DNA of 63,086 nt, counting the filler, from Aduncisulcus paluster (lineage: Eukaryota): the NCBI GenBank assembly GCA_024181965.1. It is 7 parts of 7 records of this genome, joined end to end, with 100 filler letters (N's around TTAATTAATTAA, not from the genome) between each part and the next. Parts side by side here need not be neighbours in the genome. Positions count along the whole stretch, not along the records: positions 6,313 to 17,260 come from BQXS01010943.1; positions 17,361 to 28,997 come from BQXS01010944.1; 5 more parts are not named here. One strand, written 5' to 3'. This document shows positions 12,401 through 22,348 of the stretch, in pieces. The translations under genes were made by a program, and so were the position numbers. The notes beneath the pieces are model-generated. The model saw only the letters and a list, made by a program, of their open reading frames with translations, searched no databases and was not told where the DNA came from. Each line of letters opens with the position of its first letter. Positions within the stretch are counted from its first letter, which is position 1.

Positions 12401-15400
12401 GACAACTGAATGTGTCGGGACAACTGAATGTGACGGGATAACGAGCAGTGACCTGTTGTTTCCCTCATGTGGTCCCTTCTCTCCAATGGTTCTTGAATGG
12501 AGTGGATCTATCCCATTGCAGAAAAGAGTGGGCACAAAGAGAATCAGTGGCGACATCGATGTGAAGATCTGTGTTGCACTTCCACATGATTATCTGAATG
12601 ACCTTTGGGATGTCAAGCCAATGACAGTTCCATCCCCGCATCTGTCCCCTTGCAGTGGTGGTCACAGTGCTCATTGTGCTTTCTTGGGCGAAAGGGGAGA
12701 TGAAGAAAATCAGTGGCAGCGTGGCTATAGTGTATTTATAGAACAGTTTCTCAATAATATCCTTACTTGGGCACATGGCATGAGTCATTTCATCTCCCCG
12801 GACTTCTTCAAGCTCTGTGTTGGAGCATCCTCACATGCAACAACTATCAGCATGGGTGATGGCAGTGGTGGTCATGGAACTACTGTTCCCACTAACAACA
12901 CGACATCTACCACGACAGGTAGTGCCATGTCCACTGTAGCCACGACTACTGACCGCATTGGATTATCAGGAACTGCTCAACATCACCACGAACACCAACA
13001 TCACGAACACCAACATCACGAGCATGGACATCACAAGCATGGAAACCCCACTGGATCTGCCCTTGTCGTGTCTACCCCATCGACCATCACAGAGTCTGAT
13101 GAAGAGGATGAACAACGTGGGAAGACTCTTGGTGCGTATATCCCTCCATCGTCTTTACTTCCAATCGAGACCATTCCCGTGCGTTTCATTGGGTCCTTGA
13201 ACTGCGACTCACATAAGAAACCAAAGAACTTCAAACCCCTTTCGAGTGCAATCTTGGACATTCGTGTGCAAGAACTCATCAAGGAAGGGCTTAAAGGTGA
13301 CAAGAAACGTAGACGACAGATACTCCGTGCAGAAGGCTCCATGACTGAAACAGAGATTGAAGACACGCTGACACGCGAGCTCGTCGAGCAAGAGAAACAG
13401 ACGATCAGAGCCATCACGTGTGTATCCGATGATGGCACTTTCAACCCTGCCCCGTATTGTCTCACGCCAGCCATTCTACTCCCATTCATTCGTGCATGTG
13501 TGAAGTACGGCTTATACCGTCATATTCCGAGCATCAAACACTCGTTCATCTCTCCTCCAACGTCTCCTGCCTCCATCCCTGCAGATCTGGCTGCACTCCC
13601 GATCGCTGCATATTCCTTGCTCTCTCAGGTATCATTCATTCTCCTGCGGTCCTTGGCCATGTCGTGGAGCCCCTTCGCTGGGTTCACTCGCTCCGTGGCC
13701 GTGTGTGGAGTTATGGCCGAGCATGTTGCCAGGATCACATCTTTCTGCAGTGACAACCTCCACAAGTCAATGCGACACGGCTCTGCGACAGGCTCTGCAT
13801 TCATTTCGACGGCCACGACAGCGAATGCATTCCATCTTGTCTCTCTCACACATAACTCTCCTGACATTCTCTTCTCCTCTTTCTTCGTGCGTCTTGCCTT
13901 GAGTTGTCTGAATAATCGGTTCCAATACCCGCTGAGTGGACATATCGACCCTTCGTCTCTGCTCGCCATCTGTTCGATCCCTCTGTTCTACCGCTATCTG
14001 GGCACGATGGCACCATGGTTGTCTGGACAGGCGATCTTCGAGGGAGCCAAGAATGGGTTGAACATTTTGAAGAAGAAGCGAAGCATCGGTATCCCATTTT
14101 CGAATCAGAAGGCGCACTCTCTGTCGGAAATAGAAGAGATTGAGAAAGAACGAATCACTGTTGCATCCATTGCATCCAAAGACAAACCGTTTGTCCCATT
14201 CCACGACATGCATGCCCTGGGCTATAATCTCGATCGCTACGACCTGGGCTTCTCGTCGCCCGATTCCTGTGTTGAGATGATCTCGAACACTCAGCTGATC
14301 ATCAACGGTCTTGATAAGGTCAGTGAGGCCGATATGAGGGTGTTGAGACAATGGTTTTCACAGGGCCTTGAATCAAGCTTCTTCAAAACCTCAGACTTTG
14401 CCGACATCTATCTTCCTTTACTCAAATCAATGATATTGTCTCTCAAGACCTTGCCTTTACCTTCGATCTCGATCACGAACTATGCCATCCCTGCCTCTGA
14501 GAGTTTGCGAGCCATTTTGACTGGGATTCGTTCGATTGCGGAGAGGATTGTGAAAGGGCAGAAAGAAGAGATTGACCTGGTTACTGGCGATATGATAGAG
14601 CTTGATGATGTTCTTGATGGAGCATCTTTGGGCCAAGGAAAGGAAGAAATCATGGAGCGATCTGAGAAGCTTCGAGAAGACATCTCTGACGAGTTGCATC
14701 GTGACATTGCAATGAAAACGATGTCAAAGCGTGAGAAAGATGAGTGTGTGTTGTTCTCTCTGATTGGCCCCTCTGGATCTCTGCAGTACATCCGTTCGTA
14801 CATTATAAACTCCTTGCGAGACCAAATGATTCAATGGGCATGCAAGAGTGTGACGATTGTCAACATCGAGGAGCTGATCGAGACCAAGAAGGCCAAAGAA
14901 TGGCATACGTATAATGGTGAACTGTTACGCTTTACGAATTTCCTCGCCTTCTTTGCCAACATCAAGACAATCATTGTGAACTGTGTGAAAGATGTGTTGT
15001 TGCCACCAGCTCCAAAGTCTTCGCCCGAGCTCTCCAACCTCTTCGTTAAAGATATCCATGTGCTGATGAACAAGATCCTTGACCTCTGCGTGTGTGCTGC
15101 AGACGCGGCTGTGGCTGCCCTCGTAAGTGTATATGCTGCCGTGTTGGCCTACAGTGGAGACTGGGAGATGTACTGGCCCAAGAGATCCACGGACGAGCCC
15201 CGCATTGTTCCTTACCCTCGTCGGTGGGGATTCCTTGCAAGCTACCTGTCGAACAAAGGTGGGTTCAAACCGTTGTACTGCTCTGAGAAGGTGTGGAGTG
15301 AAGTGTCCAAGAAGAACAGGAACTCGACTGCTCAGGTCAACGAGTGGGTCTCGTTGGGTCTTTTGTTCAGAGTTTGCAACACCATCTCGTTCACTTTGTA

Positions 15401-16580
15401 CGACTTTGTGCCCTCTTTGGCCGAGTGGATGCGGGAGGTGTTTGTGAACATGTACCAGCAAGAGTATGGCTCTGTGAGTGCCGCATATGTGAATGAAATG
15501 CTTCCGTCGTCCGAAGCCATGAATGTGACCATCCGAGAGTCTCCGATGCGACAGTCGATCTATCTTCGTCTCTCCACGACAACAAAAGTGACATGCACGA
15601 TGGCAACATACATTGTGCTTGGGAATGCGGCCGAGATGCTGAACTTCCTCCCCTCACGGACATACTGTGGTCTGAGTCGTTCGACAGAGATCAGCCATCG
15701 AGACATCAAGGCCATGCGAGAGTCTGCTGTGATGCCTCAGGGTGTCAATCATTCAGCGTCCATCTCCTCGTTCGAAGAGTCCTGTGAGGTGTGCTTCGAG
15801 GATGTCCATGACTACTCTCCGTCACCCTTGTTCAGACAACGTCCCGAGATGCTCAGCGATGTCATCATTGGTGGGTTCCAATATGTGCCTCTTCCGCTGC
15901 ACAACAAGGAGGACAGGAAGCGAGGGAAGCTTGAGTGGATCATGAACCACAAGGAAATCGCTGCTCCGATCCCTGTGACAAAGATTCCTGATGCGACCGA
16001 TTATCACGATTTTTATTACCGATCTTTCAAAACCTCGTCGTCCGAAGAAGGCGGAGGTGGACAAGGCGATGGTCTCGTCTCCATCCCTGGCGATTCGACA
16101 ACAAAGGTCGGGTCAGTGTCTGAGTTCTTTGACCATTGGAACCTTAAGATCAGCCGAAAGATCCGAGAGTTCTTGCGATCGTTGGTCGAGATGATCGACA
16201 AGACATGCTTTGGGATGTGTGCTCGAGTGATGAAGAGATCCTTGCTATATGCGATCAAATCTTTCCTGCGATCCCTCATCTGTCCGATTGGCCAAGAGGA
16301 CCTTGGGATCACCGAGAAAGAACTCGTCATGATTCTCGCTGCACTCGGATCGTGCAAGGTGTCCGCCCTGAGTGAGTTGGCGGCAGAAACAGGTGAGCTG
16401 TTTGCCATCATCCGACACCGAGTGAAGGTGACGGCGCCAGGCATCCATAGTCTCGCCAAAAAGAACAAGGACAGTCGAGAGGCTGCGCTGTTCTTGTGCC
16501 AGTACCACGCTAGAATGGGTCGAAAGTCGATGTATCGTGCTTTTGAACAACTGGGAGGACGTAGAGAGATCGGGGAATAA
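9441..16580 (+). CDS. Giant C2-domain protein, possibly Munc13/BAIAP3-like
   Basis: ~2380-aa ORF, first ATG at 9441. C2 motifs KD..SSDPY, KTLNPTWNEQFTF, KIAVFDHDAVGKDDFLGHV, then a long helical-looking C-terminal region. Confidence 0.7.
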   Translation: MGKHQKKKHSKFNLTLLREAFKFTIPNQSSLGVLQEDTVNLSILSISYESANYLLNFSKQASNLSAAIACATLVNWIQYPASESLLPQHTTFLMECRRKINIARRPDMVIENLFKPFPRLSPIILSLPLYERGLFKEAMVEYFFWLGIQATLTILLKDNCNRVSPLESYLSPIYSNICQLLFPFIQTVRHTEVHETKMCFQSEHIRPEFQADTSGDELLVHLFSEVTKNRLKWKEADSFRLSIREIRERKDKKTVLSNLFGFFNRDIIDFAAPFPAPTSPQDFLTQSIYKRLIRTLLFLAEIDYDPSKHCSSWPPEAQLPALVSSQTGQSPFTFTNGIIEDDLTTVDGHKPDICPKIRKKKTLFSSSTIRSASHSLRLPMLCDIYVSDRCVSECFQHDVNRCLRYLTKNDALNVDFEVEFLSAYEFAGKSKTWANPSGCFLPFPYCQIQDRSYGHSVASFPSLSTSYCLSVPSLVRPCDIVAGMLECVTISEAKLGSRKAAITSAIDHFYAVELISSQEMSSILGYSTTISSSDLFLDIIPRIDRRGSIDLQPMRDASFALDPRNEMLSSPEWLSSPSPSSQGLPDGLPDGFHGDDYDGKSSCVGIDDSLAESEETAIVSPCASSSSSSSSSSSSPPSSSSSYSSLSSSLEYSHDHVQPSPVSVSTLSKHKLRQPQTINPLPLSALPSPASHSHAVLAHVVVNGCSNVYPKDKLTRSSDPYALVSVVGQENERRTITKTKTLNPTWNEQFTFPIFRYHVSHILNQEQQQQQQEVLQRELREQLEQRDEGRSMLEVQDGTTVTTKPGTINTATTFNAEETKRAAIILEKRLKLAKSILKSKSSLSRKELRSHSRDIHMIVNAQRVCTPHYMSDNDILLLYYYSNVVKIAVFDHDAVGKDDFLGHVFIPLPELPSNAVIQRMFMKKRETLGADAFRAGEGNYVTLSSYSDGNVLQWKLSLSPPEQAKGRGKEKHSDTATTTTTATECDGTTECVGTTECDGITSSDLLFPSCGPFSPMVLEWSGSIPLQKRVGTKRISGDIDVKICVALPHDYLNDLWDVKPMTVPSPHLSPCSGGHSAHCAFLGERGDEENQWQRGYSVFIEQFLNNILTWAHGMSHFISPDFFKLCVGASSHATTISMGDGSGGHGTTVPTNNTTSTTTGSAMSTVATTTDRIGLSGTAQHHHEHQHHEHQHHEHGHHKHGNPTGSALVVSTPSTITESDEEDEQRGKTLGAYIPPSSLLPIETIPVRFIGSLNCDSHKKPKNFKPLSSAILDIRVQELIKEGLKGDKKRRRQILRAEGSMTETEIEDTLTRELVEQEKQTIRAITCVSDDGTFNPAPYCLTPAILLPFIRACVKYGLYRHIPSIKHSFISPPTSPASIPADLAALPIAAYSLLSQVSFILLRSLAMSWSPFAGFTRSVAVCGVMAEHVARITSFCSDNLHKSMRHGSATGSAFISTATTANAFHLVSLTHNSPDILFSSFFVRLALSCLNNRFQYPLSGHIDPSSLLAICSIPLFYRYLGTMAPWLSGQAIFEGAKNGLNILKKKRSIGIPFSNQKAHSLSEIEEIEKERITVASIASKDKPFVPFHDMHALGYNLDRYDLGFSSPDSCVEMISNTQLIINGLDKVSEADMRVLRQWFSQGLESSFFKTSDFADIYLPLLKSMILSLKTLPLPSISITNYAIPASESLRAILTGIRSIAERIVKGQKEEIDLVTGDMIELDDVLDGASLGQGKEEIMERSEKLREDISDELHRDIAMKTMSKREKDECVLFSLIGPSGSLQYIRSYIINSLRDQMIQWACKSVTIVNIEELIETKKAKEWHTYNGELLRFTNFLAFFANIKTIIVNCVKDVLLPPAPKSSPELSNLFVKDIHVLMNKILDLCVCAADAAVAALVSVYAAVLAYSGDWEMYWPKRSTDEPRIVPYPRRWGFLASYLSNKGGFKPLYCSEKVWSEVSKKNRNSTAQVNEWVSLGLLFRVCNTISFTLYDFVPSLAEWMREVFVNMYQQEYGSVSAAYVNEMLPSSEAMNVTIRESPMRQSIYLRLSTTTKVTCTMATYIVLGNAAEMLNFLPSRTYCGLSRSTEISHRDIKAMRESAVMPQGVNHSASISSFEESCEVCFEDVHDYSPSPLFRQRPEMLSDVIIGGFQYVPLPLHNKEDRKRGKLEWIMNHKEIAAPIPVTKIPDATDYHDFYYRSFKTSSSEEGGGGQGDGLVSIPGDSTTKVGSVSEFFDHWNLKISRKIREFLRSLVEMIDKTCFGMCARVMKRSLLYAIKSFLRSLICPIGQEDLGITEKELVMILAALGSCKVSALSELAAETGELFAIIRHRVKVTAPGIHSLAKKNKDSREAALFLCQYHARMGRKSMYRAFEQLGGRREIGE

Positions 16581-16928
16581 TCATTATTCAATAATAATAA
16601 TAAATTTGATCGTTTGGATAATGCTCAGGTTGTGGGGGGGATATAAATTATATAAACGTATTTAATACGTCGTATTATAAAATAATGCTGGCTTAAATGA
16701 GAAACAAGGATGAATAAGAGCCTCTTATATATAAGAGAAGATCACGAGATAATCAACTAAGTTGATTCAACTTGACAAAATATGTTAAATAGTGAGTGGA
16801 TTCTTGAAGAACAGATGAACATTGAGAGTCCGTTGAGTTGTTTGAATGCAGTTTACAAACTTGGAGAACCCGTTGGACAAGAGAAAACTGAAAGGAGCAA
16901 AGAGAAAGAGATGTTCTATAAAAAGAAC

Positions 16929-17260
16929 TCATGGGGAAGCGCTAGTTGTTGTTGGTGGGCGTGTTTTGCGTTCGAGAATGTTATCTGATAGTTTATCTTC
17001 AGAGTTTATAGGATGTGTTAATATTTCTTCATGGTAGAGCTTTGACATATGATCAATATGATAGATGCCGACATTCCAAAGACAAGGAACACAGAGCAGT
17101 GAATTAGCACAAATCTCAGTATTAAATGTATCAGATGATGAGGATCTGGAATTGGAGCTGGAGTTGGAGTTGGAGTTGGAGTTGGATTTGACTGCGGGGA
17201 AATGTCGTGTTCCATGAAGCATCAGGGGATTAGATTCATAGCAGTATACAGACATATGTA
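16929..17260 (-). CDS. Possible 3' end of a gene truncated by the contig end
   Basis: Open frame with an SN/S-rich tract. No recognisable motif. Confidence 0.3.
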
Positions 17261-17360
17261 NNNNNNNNNNNNNNNNNNNNNNNNNNNNNNNNNNNNNNNN
17301 NNNNTTAATTAATTAANNNNNNNNNNNNNNNNNNNNNNNNNNNNNNNNNNNNNNNNNNNN
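17261..17360. other. Artificial contig linker
   Basis: N44-TTAATTAATTAA-N44. Confidence 0.99.
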
Positions 17361-17763
17361 ATTTAGGCAGACTATTTGTTAGAGCAGCATACCCTTTGGG
17401 GTTTTCGAGAAGTCCTCCGGGACCATCTGTGAACAGGATATACAAGACATCCTGTAGTATGGAATAAGTTGGTGTATGGTATGTTGAACCGTTTCGTGAT
17501 GTTGGGTTGGTCTGGGAGAGTTTTTTCGTGTTATCAAATTTGGAAAGTGTGATTGTTTGTGCATCTTCGCTCAAATTTATCATATTTCCAAACCATTGAT
17601 TATCGATTGCCTCAAAGAGCGTATTTAATCTGTCTAAATGCTCATATTCGCGTAAAGAGAAAGCTTGTATTATATTTTGTCGGTTAATATTATTTGCTCG
17701 GAGTGTATTAAATACATATCGCGCAAGTTCATATTTCCGGGTTAGATTGGAATTTATAGTCAT
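17361..17763 (-). CDS. Orphan ORF (3'-partial), possibly from a mobile element
   Basis: ATG at 17763, open for 134 codons to the contig edge. Preceded by a palindrome cluster. Confidence 0.5.
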
Positions 17764-17850
17764 ATTCCTTCGTAAATTTAACCACAGAGGAGGTTAATTT
17801 AAATATATTTTCGGTTAATTGGAATTGTAAAAACAACAAAACAAATTCAT

Positions 17851-17980
17851 AATAGGGGGCCAATTTCGAAATTGGTGACCAATAAAGTTTATTGGTGGGA
17901 TATTTCATTTATTGCCTTTTTATTTCGAAATAGGGACCCTATTCGGAAAACCCCCTATTGACTCAATAAAATCGGATTTT
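17851..17980. repeat. Cluster of six short palindromes with an outer inverted repeat
   Basis: CCAATTTCGAAATTGG, ACCAATAAA-G-TTTATTGGT, TATTTCGAAATA, AATAGGG-A-CCCTATT, TATTGA-C-TCAATA, AAAATC-G-GATTTT. Outer pair AATAGGGGG/CCCCCTATT. Confidence 0.9.
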
Positions 17981-18104
17981 CGTAACTTTCTCTTTTGCTC
18001 TCGATTGGCGCTCTATTCGTAAGAAATACAAACAAAAGCCAGTTATTCTAAGTCTATATCGAAATTAATAACACCAACGACTAAAACCTACCAGTACAGC
18101 AATA

Positions 18105-21100
18105 ATGTCTTTTTCTAAACCAACAACAAAGCCTTTCAGCAAAGAATGTCTTGAACAATTGAGAGTTTCTATTAAAAGGACCACCTTTGAATTAATTCCA
18201 CTTTATGAAAAATCTCAATCACGTCTTCAGGCCATCTTTGACGAATACACGACACCTTCTGCTATCACATCCAATCGAGATCTCTTCTCTCTTTGTTTCG
18301 AATGTTTATCCCTGTTCGTGAAGCATAAAGTTACGAAAGAAGAAGATGGAGAAGAAGATATTGTGGTCATCCCCCATAAATCTTCCATCAAGAAGATTAT
18401 TGACTCTTTCTTACCTCAAATGATCAAAGTTGAATCTGTTCTGAGGATGAATGGAGAAATGACAAAAAAAGAAGAAGAAGAAAGTGGAACAAAAGAAGCT
18501 GGCGTGAGCTCTATCACAATGCTGTTGTTTAGAATTCTAAATGTCTCTCTTGATAAAGTTGAATCCTTTCGAATCAAAGTATATCCTCAAATTACTTTTC
18601 TTCTCTCCAATATGTTAACTTTGGGTATATGCCTGCAATTTGAGAAATCTCTCGTTGATGATCTCCTCGGTACATGTAGAAATATCGCCTTTGCCACTGA
18701 TGATTCCACCAAGAACTCCCTTTTATCCATTCTTCTCCCTCATATCTTACCTTGGATGAAGAAGTATCCTGACAAGAAGTTCTTTTTCTTGTGGTCCAAT
18801 ATCTTGAAGAATATTACCCTTGATAAAGATAACACCGACCCTCATAAAGATCGTTCCTCACGACTCTGGTTTGTCTTCCATCCTGTCTTGGACGTGATTA
18901 AGGACACTGCTTCCAAAGGTGTTACATTTGATGATGAAGCTGTCATTCGTTGTTTTCGGTTCTTTGGTAACTTGAGTTGTATTCCTTCCGAAGCCATTGA
19001 AGTATATGATTGTGTTAAAGATGGACTTCTTGATAGTTGGTTTGAGATGGTAGAAGAAGAAGGAAGAAAAAGATGATAGAGCCGGTGTTAAATGCTGGTC
19101 CAAACTTGTTTCCATGCTATCAGAAATCCCCTCAATTGTTCCTCAACTTTCACCTAAATTTGATGATGAGATGTATTGGTGCATGAAAAATGGAGGATGG
19201 AGAAATTATTATTCAAGGTATCTTGGTAATTGTTTTGCTTCTCTCAAGAAATGGAAGGAATTAATTGATTTTATTGAGAAATGCGCTGATTCTGAGTCAA
19301 CTGCTGAACTCTTCGATGAACATCGAGATGAGATTCTTTCTGTATTCCTTGAATACCAATCAGAGAGTGAGATTGAAGAACATAAGAGAGAGATTATTCT
19401 TTGTGCTCAGTGTTTAGAATTGTTTGTTAGACATGTTATTTCTGGAAATGAGATCTATCTCCCTAATTCTGATTTGAATGATCTAATTGACATTTTCATT
19501 GATCATTTATCAAGGGTTGAGCAGGTATTGGAAGGAGATGTTGATGAAGAGTATTGTAGGATTTGTGCTGGTTATACTTTCAAAGTTGAATATAAATTGG
19601 ATTCCTTCTTACCCAAAATATCTTCCACTTTCCATCGTATTCTTGAAAGAGGAAGTGACAAAAAGTTGAGAGATGAAGTAACTCAAAATTTATTGATAAC
19701 TCTCAAAAACATCTCTATTTCACCAACTTCTTCGGCTCGGTATTCTATTCTCACCCTAATCAAACCATATATCAGAGATTGGCTAAGAATATACAACGAT
19801 AGTGAGTGTTATGGACATTGGATGATTATTTTATCAAAAAATACCCTCTCAAGTGATGATGAAACACCCGACAAATCCCTCTGTTCTGAAGCTTGGCCTC
19901 TCTTCCACCCTGTTCTTGATGTTGTTAAGAGAGAGTTTGTTGGGGATAAGATTGTTGAGGATAATCATGAATGGGTTTTACGATTCTTCTCCAACTTATG
20001 TTGTGATTCATTACATTCTCTTGAGATCTTTGATAATATTAAAGAGCTTCTTGATGAGTGGTTTGAAACTATAAAGAGGAAAGAATACCAATGGGGTATC
20101 ACATTATGGTCGAATTTCATTTCCGTGTTCTCAACTATTCCATCTCTTTTCCCTCAAATTTGTCCAAAGTTTGATGCCAACATGGAATGGTGTAAAAATA
20201 ATGGAGCACTTTGGGGAGATTACTCAAGGTATCTTTCCAATTCTTCACCTTCTTGCCACAACTTAATTGAATTACTCAATCTCATTAGGCATTGTCCTGA
20301 TTCCACATCCACATCAAAACTATATTATGAATACAAACATCAACTGTTATCTGAATTCCTTTCACGCGAATCAAATTGTGATATTGAGGAACATCAGAGA
20401 GAAATTATTCTTTGTGTTCAGTGTTTAGATGAGTTTGTTAGACATATTATTTCTGGAAATGAGATCTATCTCCCTAATTCTGATTTGAATGATCTCATTG
20501 ACACTTTCATTGATCATTTATCAAGAGTTGAGCAGGTTTTGGAAGGGGATATTGATGAAGATTATTGTAGGATTTGTGTGAGTTATTCTTTCAAAGTTGA
20601 AGATAAACGGGATTCCTTCTTACCCAAAATATCTCCCACTTTCCATCGTATTCTTGAGAGAGGAAGTAAGGAGAAGTTGGGAGGTAATGTTGCTCGGGAT
20701 TTATTAGCAACTCTCGTAAACATCTCTTATTCTCCTTCTTCTTCAACTCGATCCTCTATTCTCACCCTCATCAAACCATATATCGGAGGTTGGTTGAGGA
20801 TATACAATGATAGTAAGTGTTATGGAGAGTGGATGTTTATTCTATCACATATCACCCTCTCAAGTGATTCCTCAGGTGATGAAACACCCGACAAATCCCT
20901 CTGTTCTGAAGCTTGGCCTCTCTTCCATCCTGTTCTTGATGTTGTTAAGAGAGAGTTTGTTGGGGATAAGATTGTTGAGGATGATCATGAAAAGGTTTTA
21001 TTGTTCTTCTCCAACTTATGTTGTGATCCATTGCATGCTCTCGAAATTTATGATAATGTTAAAGATCTTCTGGATGTGTGGTTTACAGTGATAAAGAAGA

Positions 21101-22125
21101 AAAAGCACAAATGGGGAATTAAACCCTGGCCCCAACTCATTTCAATGTTCTCCACTGTTCCATCTCTTGTTCATTGCATATCTCCAAAATATGATGTCAA
21201 AATGATGAAATCTTGGTTTTTTGATCGCTACTTTTCTAATATATCTTCCTATATAGCTTCATCTTGTCTATCTAAACTCCTCCACTCTATTCCTCCAGTC
21301 TCATTAATTCCTTCAATTGAGACATCTTTATGTCCTGAGAAAGATGGATATTCATACGCTTCACATGTGTGTTGTCAAATGAGTGTAGAAACTGATGCTG
21401 ATTTCATCAATTGTGATGTCTTTAATTATCGTTTTTCTACCAGTCGAATGAGTGTAGAAATTGATGATGATTTCAGCAATTGGAGATTTTACAATCTCAA
21501 CAAAACCTCTGTTGTCAATATAATCACGAAAAAGGAGATGACAGACCAACAAATAATTCAACGTGGCAGATTGTGTTTTGGAACAAAAGATGAACATCCC
21601 GATGATGTTGGTAAGCGGCGGTTTTCTTCCCTTGGCATTGAAGAACCATCTCATACTTTATCATCAATGATGGGTACAATGAAGAAGGGAAGTATTAATT
21701 CGCATATACATGATAAAATGTTAGATGGACCTTCATCTCAAAAGAAACAATCAACATTAATGGGGAAAAAGCAAGAAGCAGAAGAAGAAAAGAATTCTAT
21801 AATTTCTTTTGAACACAACTATCGCATCAAACACTCATCTATCATCCAATACACTCCTCCTCAACATTTACTTGTTAAGATGCCATTTGATGAGGAAAGA
21901 TCTTTGAGACAGTCTGTGTATGATTTTGTTGAACACACAGGTGGAGGCGTGGAATCTTTATTTGATCATGAAATGTGTAATGTTTCATTTGAAGGGTATG
22001 ATCAGGAATCATGGAGGGAAGAAATGGAAATATTGGAGGAAGAAGAGGAAGAAAAGGGAGAGGAAGAAGAAGTTGACGGTCATTTTACTGGTGATTTCGA
22101 CCAGTATATGGATTTCTTTTTTTGA
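18105..22125 (+). CDS. Large helical tandem-repeat protein (paralog of 1457-5177), split by a 1-nt frameshift near 19050-19075
   Basis: ORFs 18105-19076 and 19114-22125 are contiguous in the paralog. Internal DNA repeat with a 1020-bp period (e.g. 19861 vs 20881). Confidence 0.75.
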
Positions 22126-22348
22126 AGACGAGGAAGAAGATTCTTCTGAAGAAGATACGAAAGGATTCTGTGGTTACCACAGCTGTGGTACACTAGCGTT
22201 CCGACTCGGAATCCGAGTAAAATTTCTAATTTTAGTAATAGTATTACTATGCCATCATGGCATATGCCATGGAATACCAATGGTAAGTTAAGGTATTCCG
22301 GAGTAAATTTGTATTTACTCCTTTTAAATTGGATTATTTAAATAATCA

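Noticed and set aside
16722-16767. Two short palindromes (CTCTTATATATAAGAG, AATCAACT-A-AGTTGATT)
   Set aside because: AT-rich and isolated, so plausibly chance.
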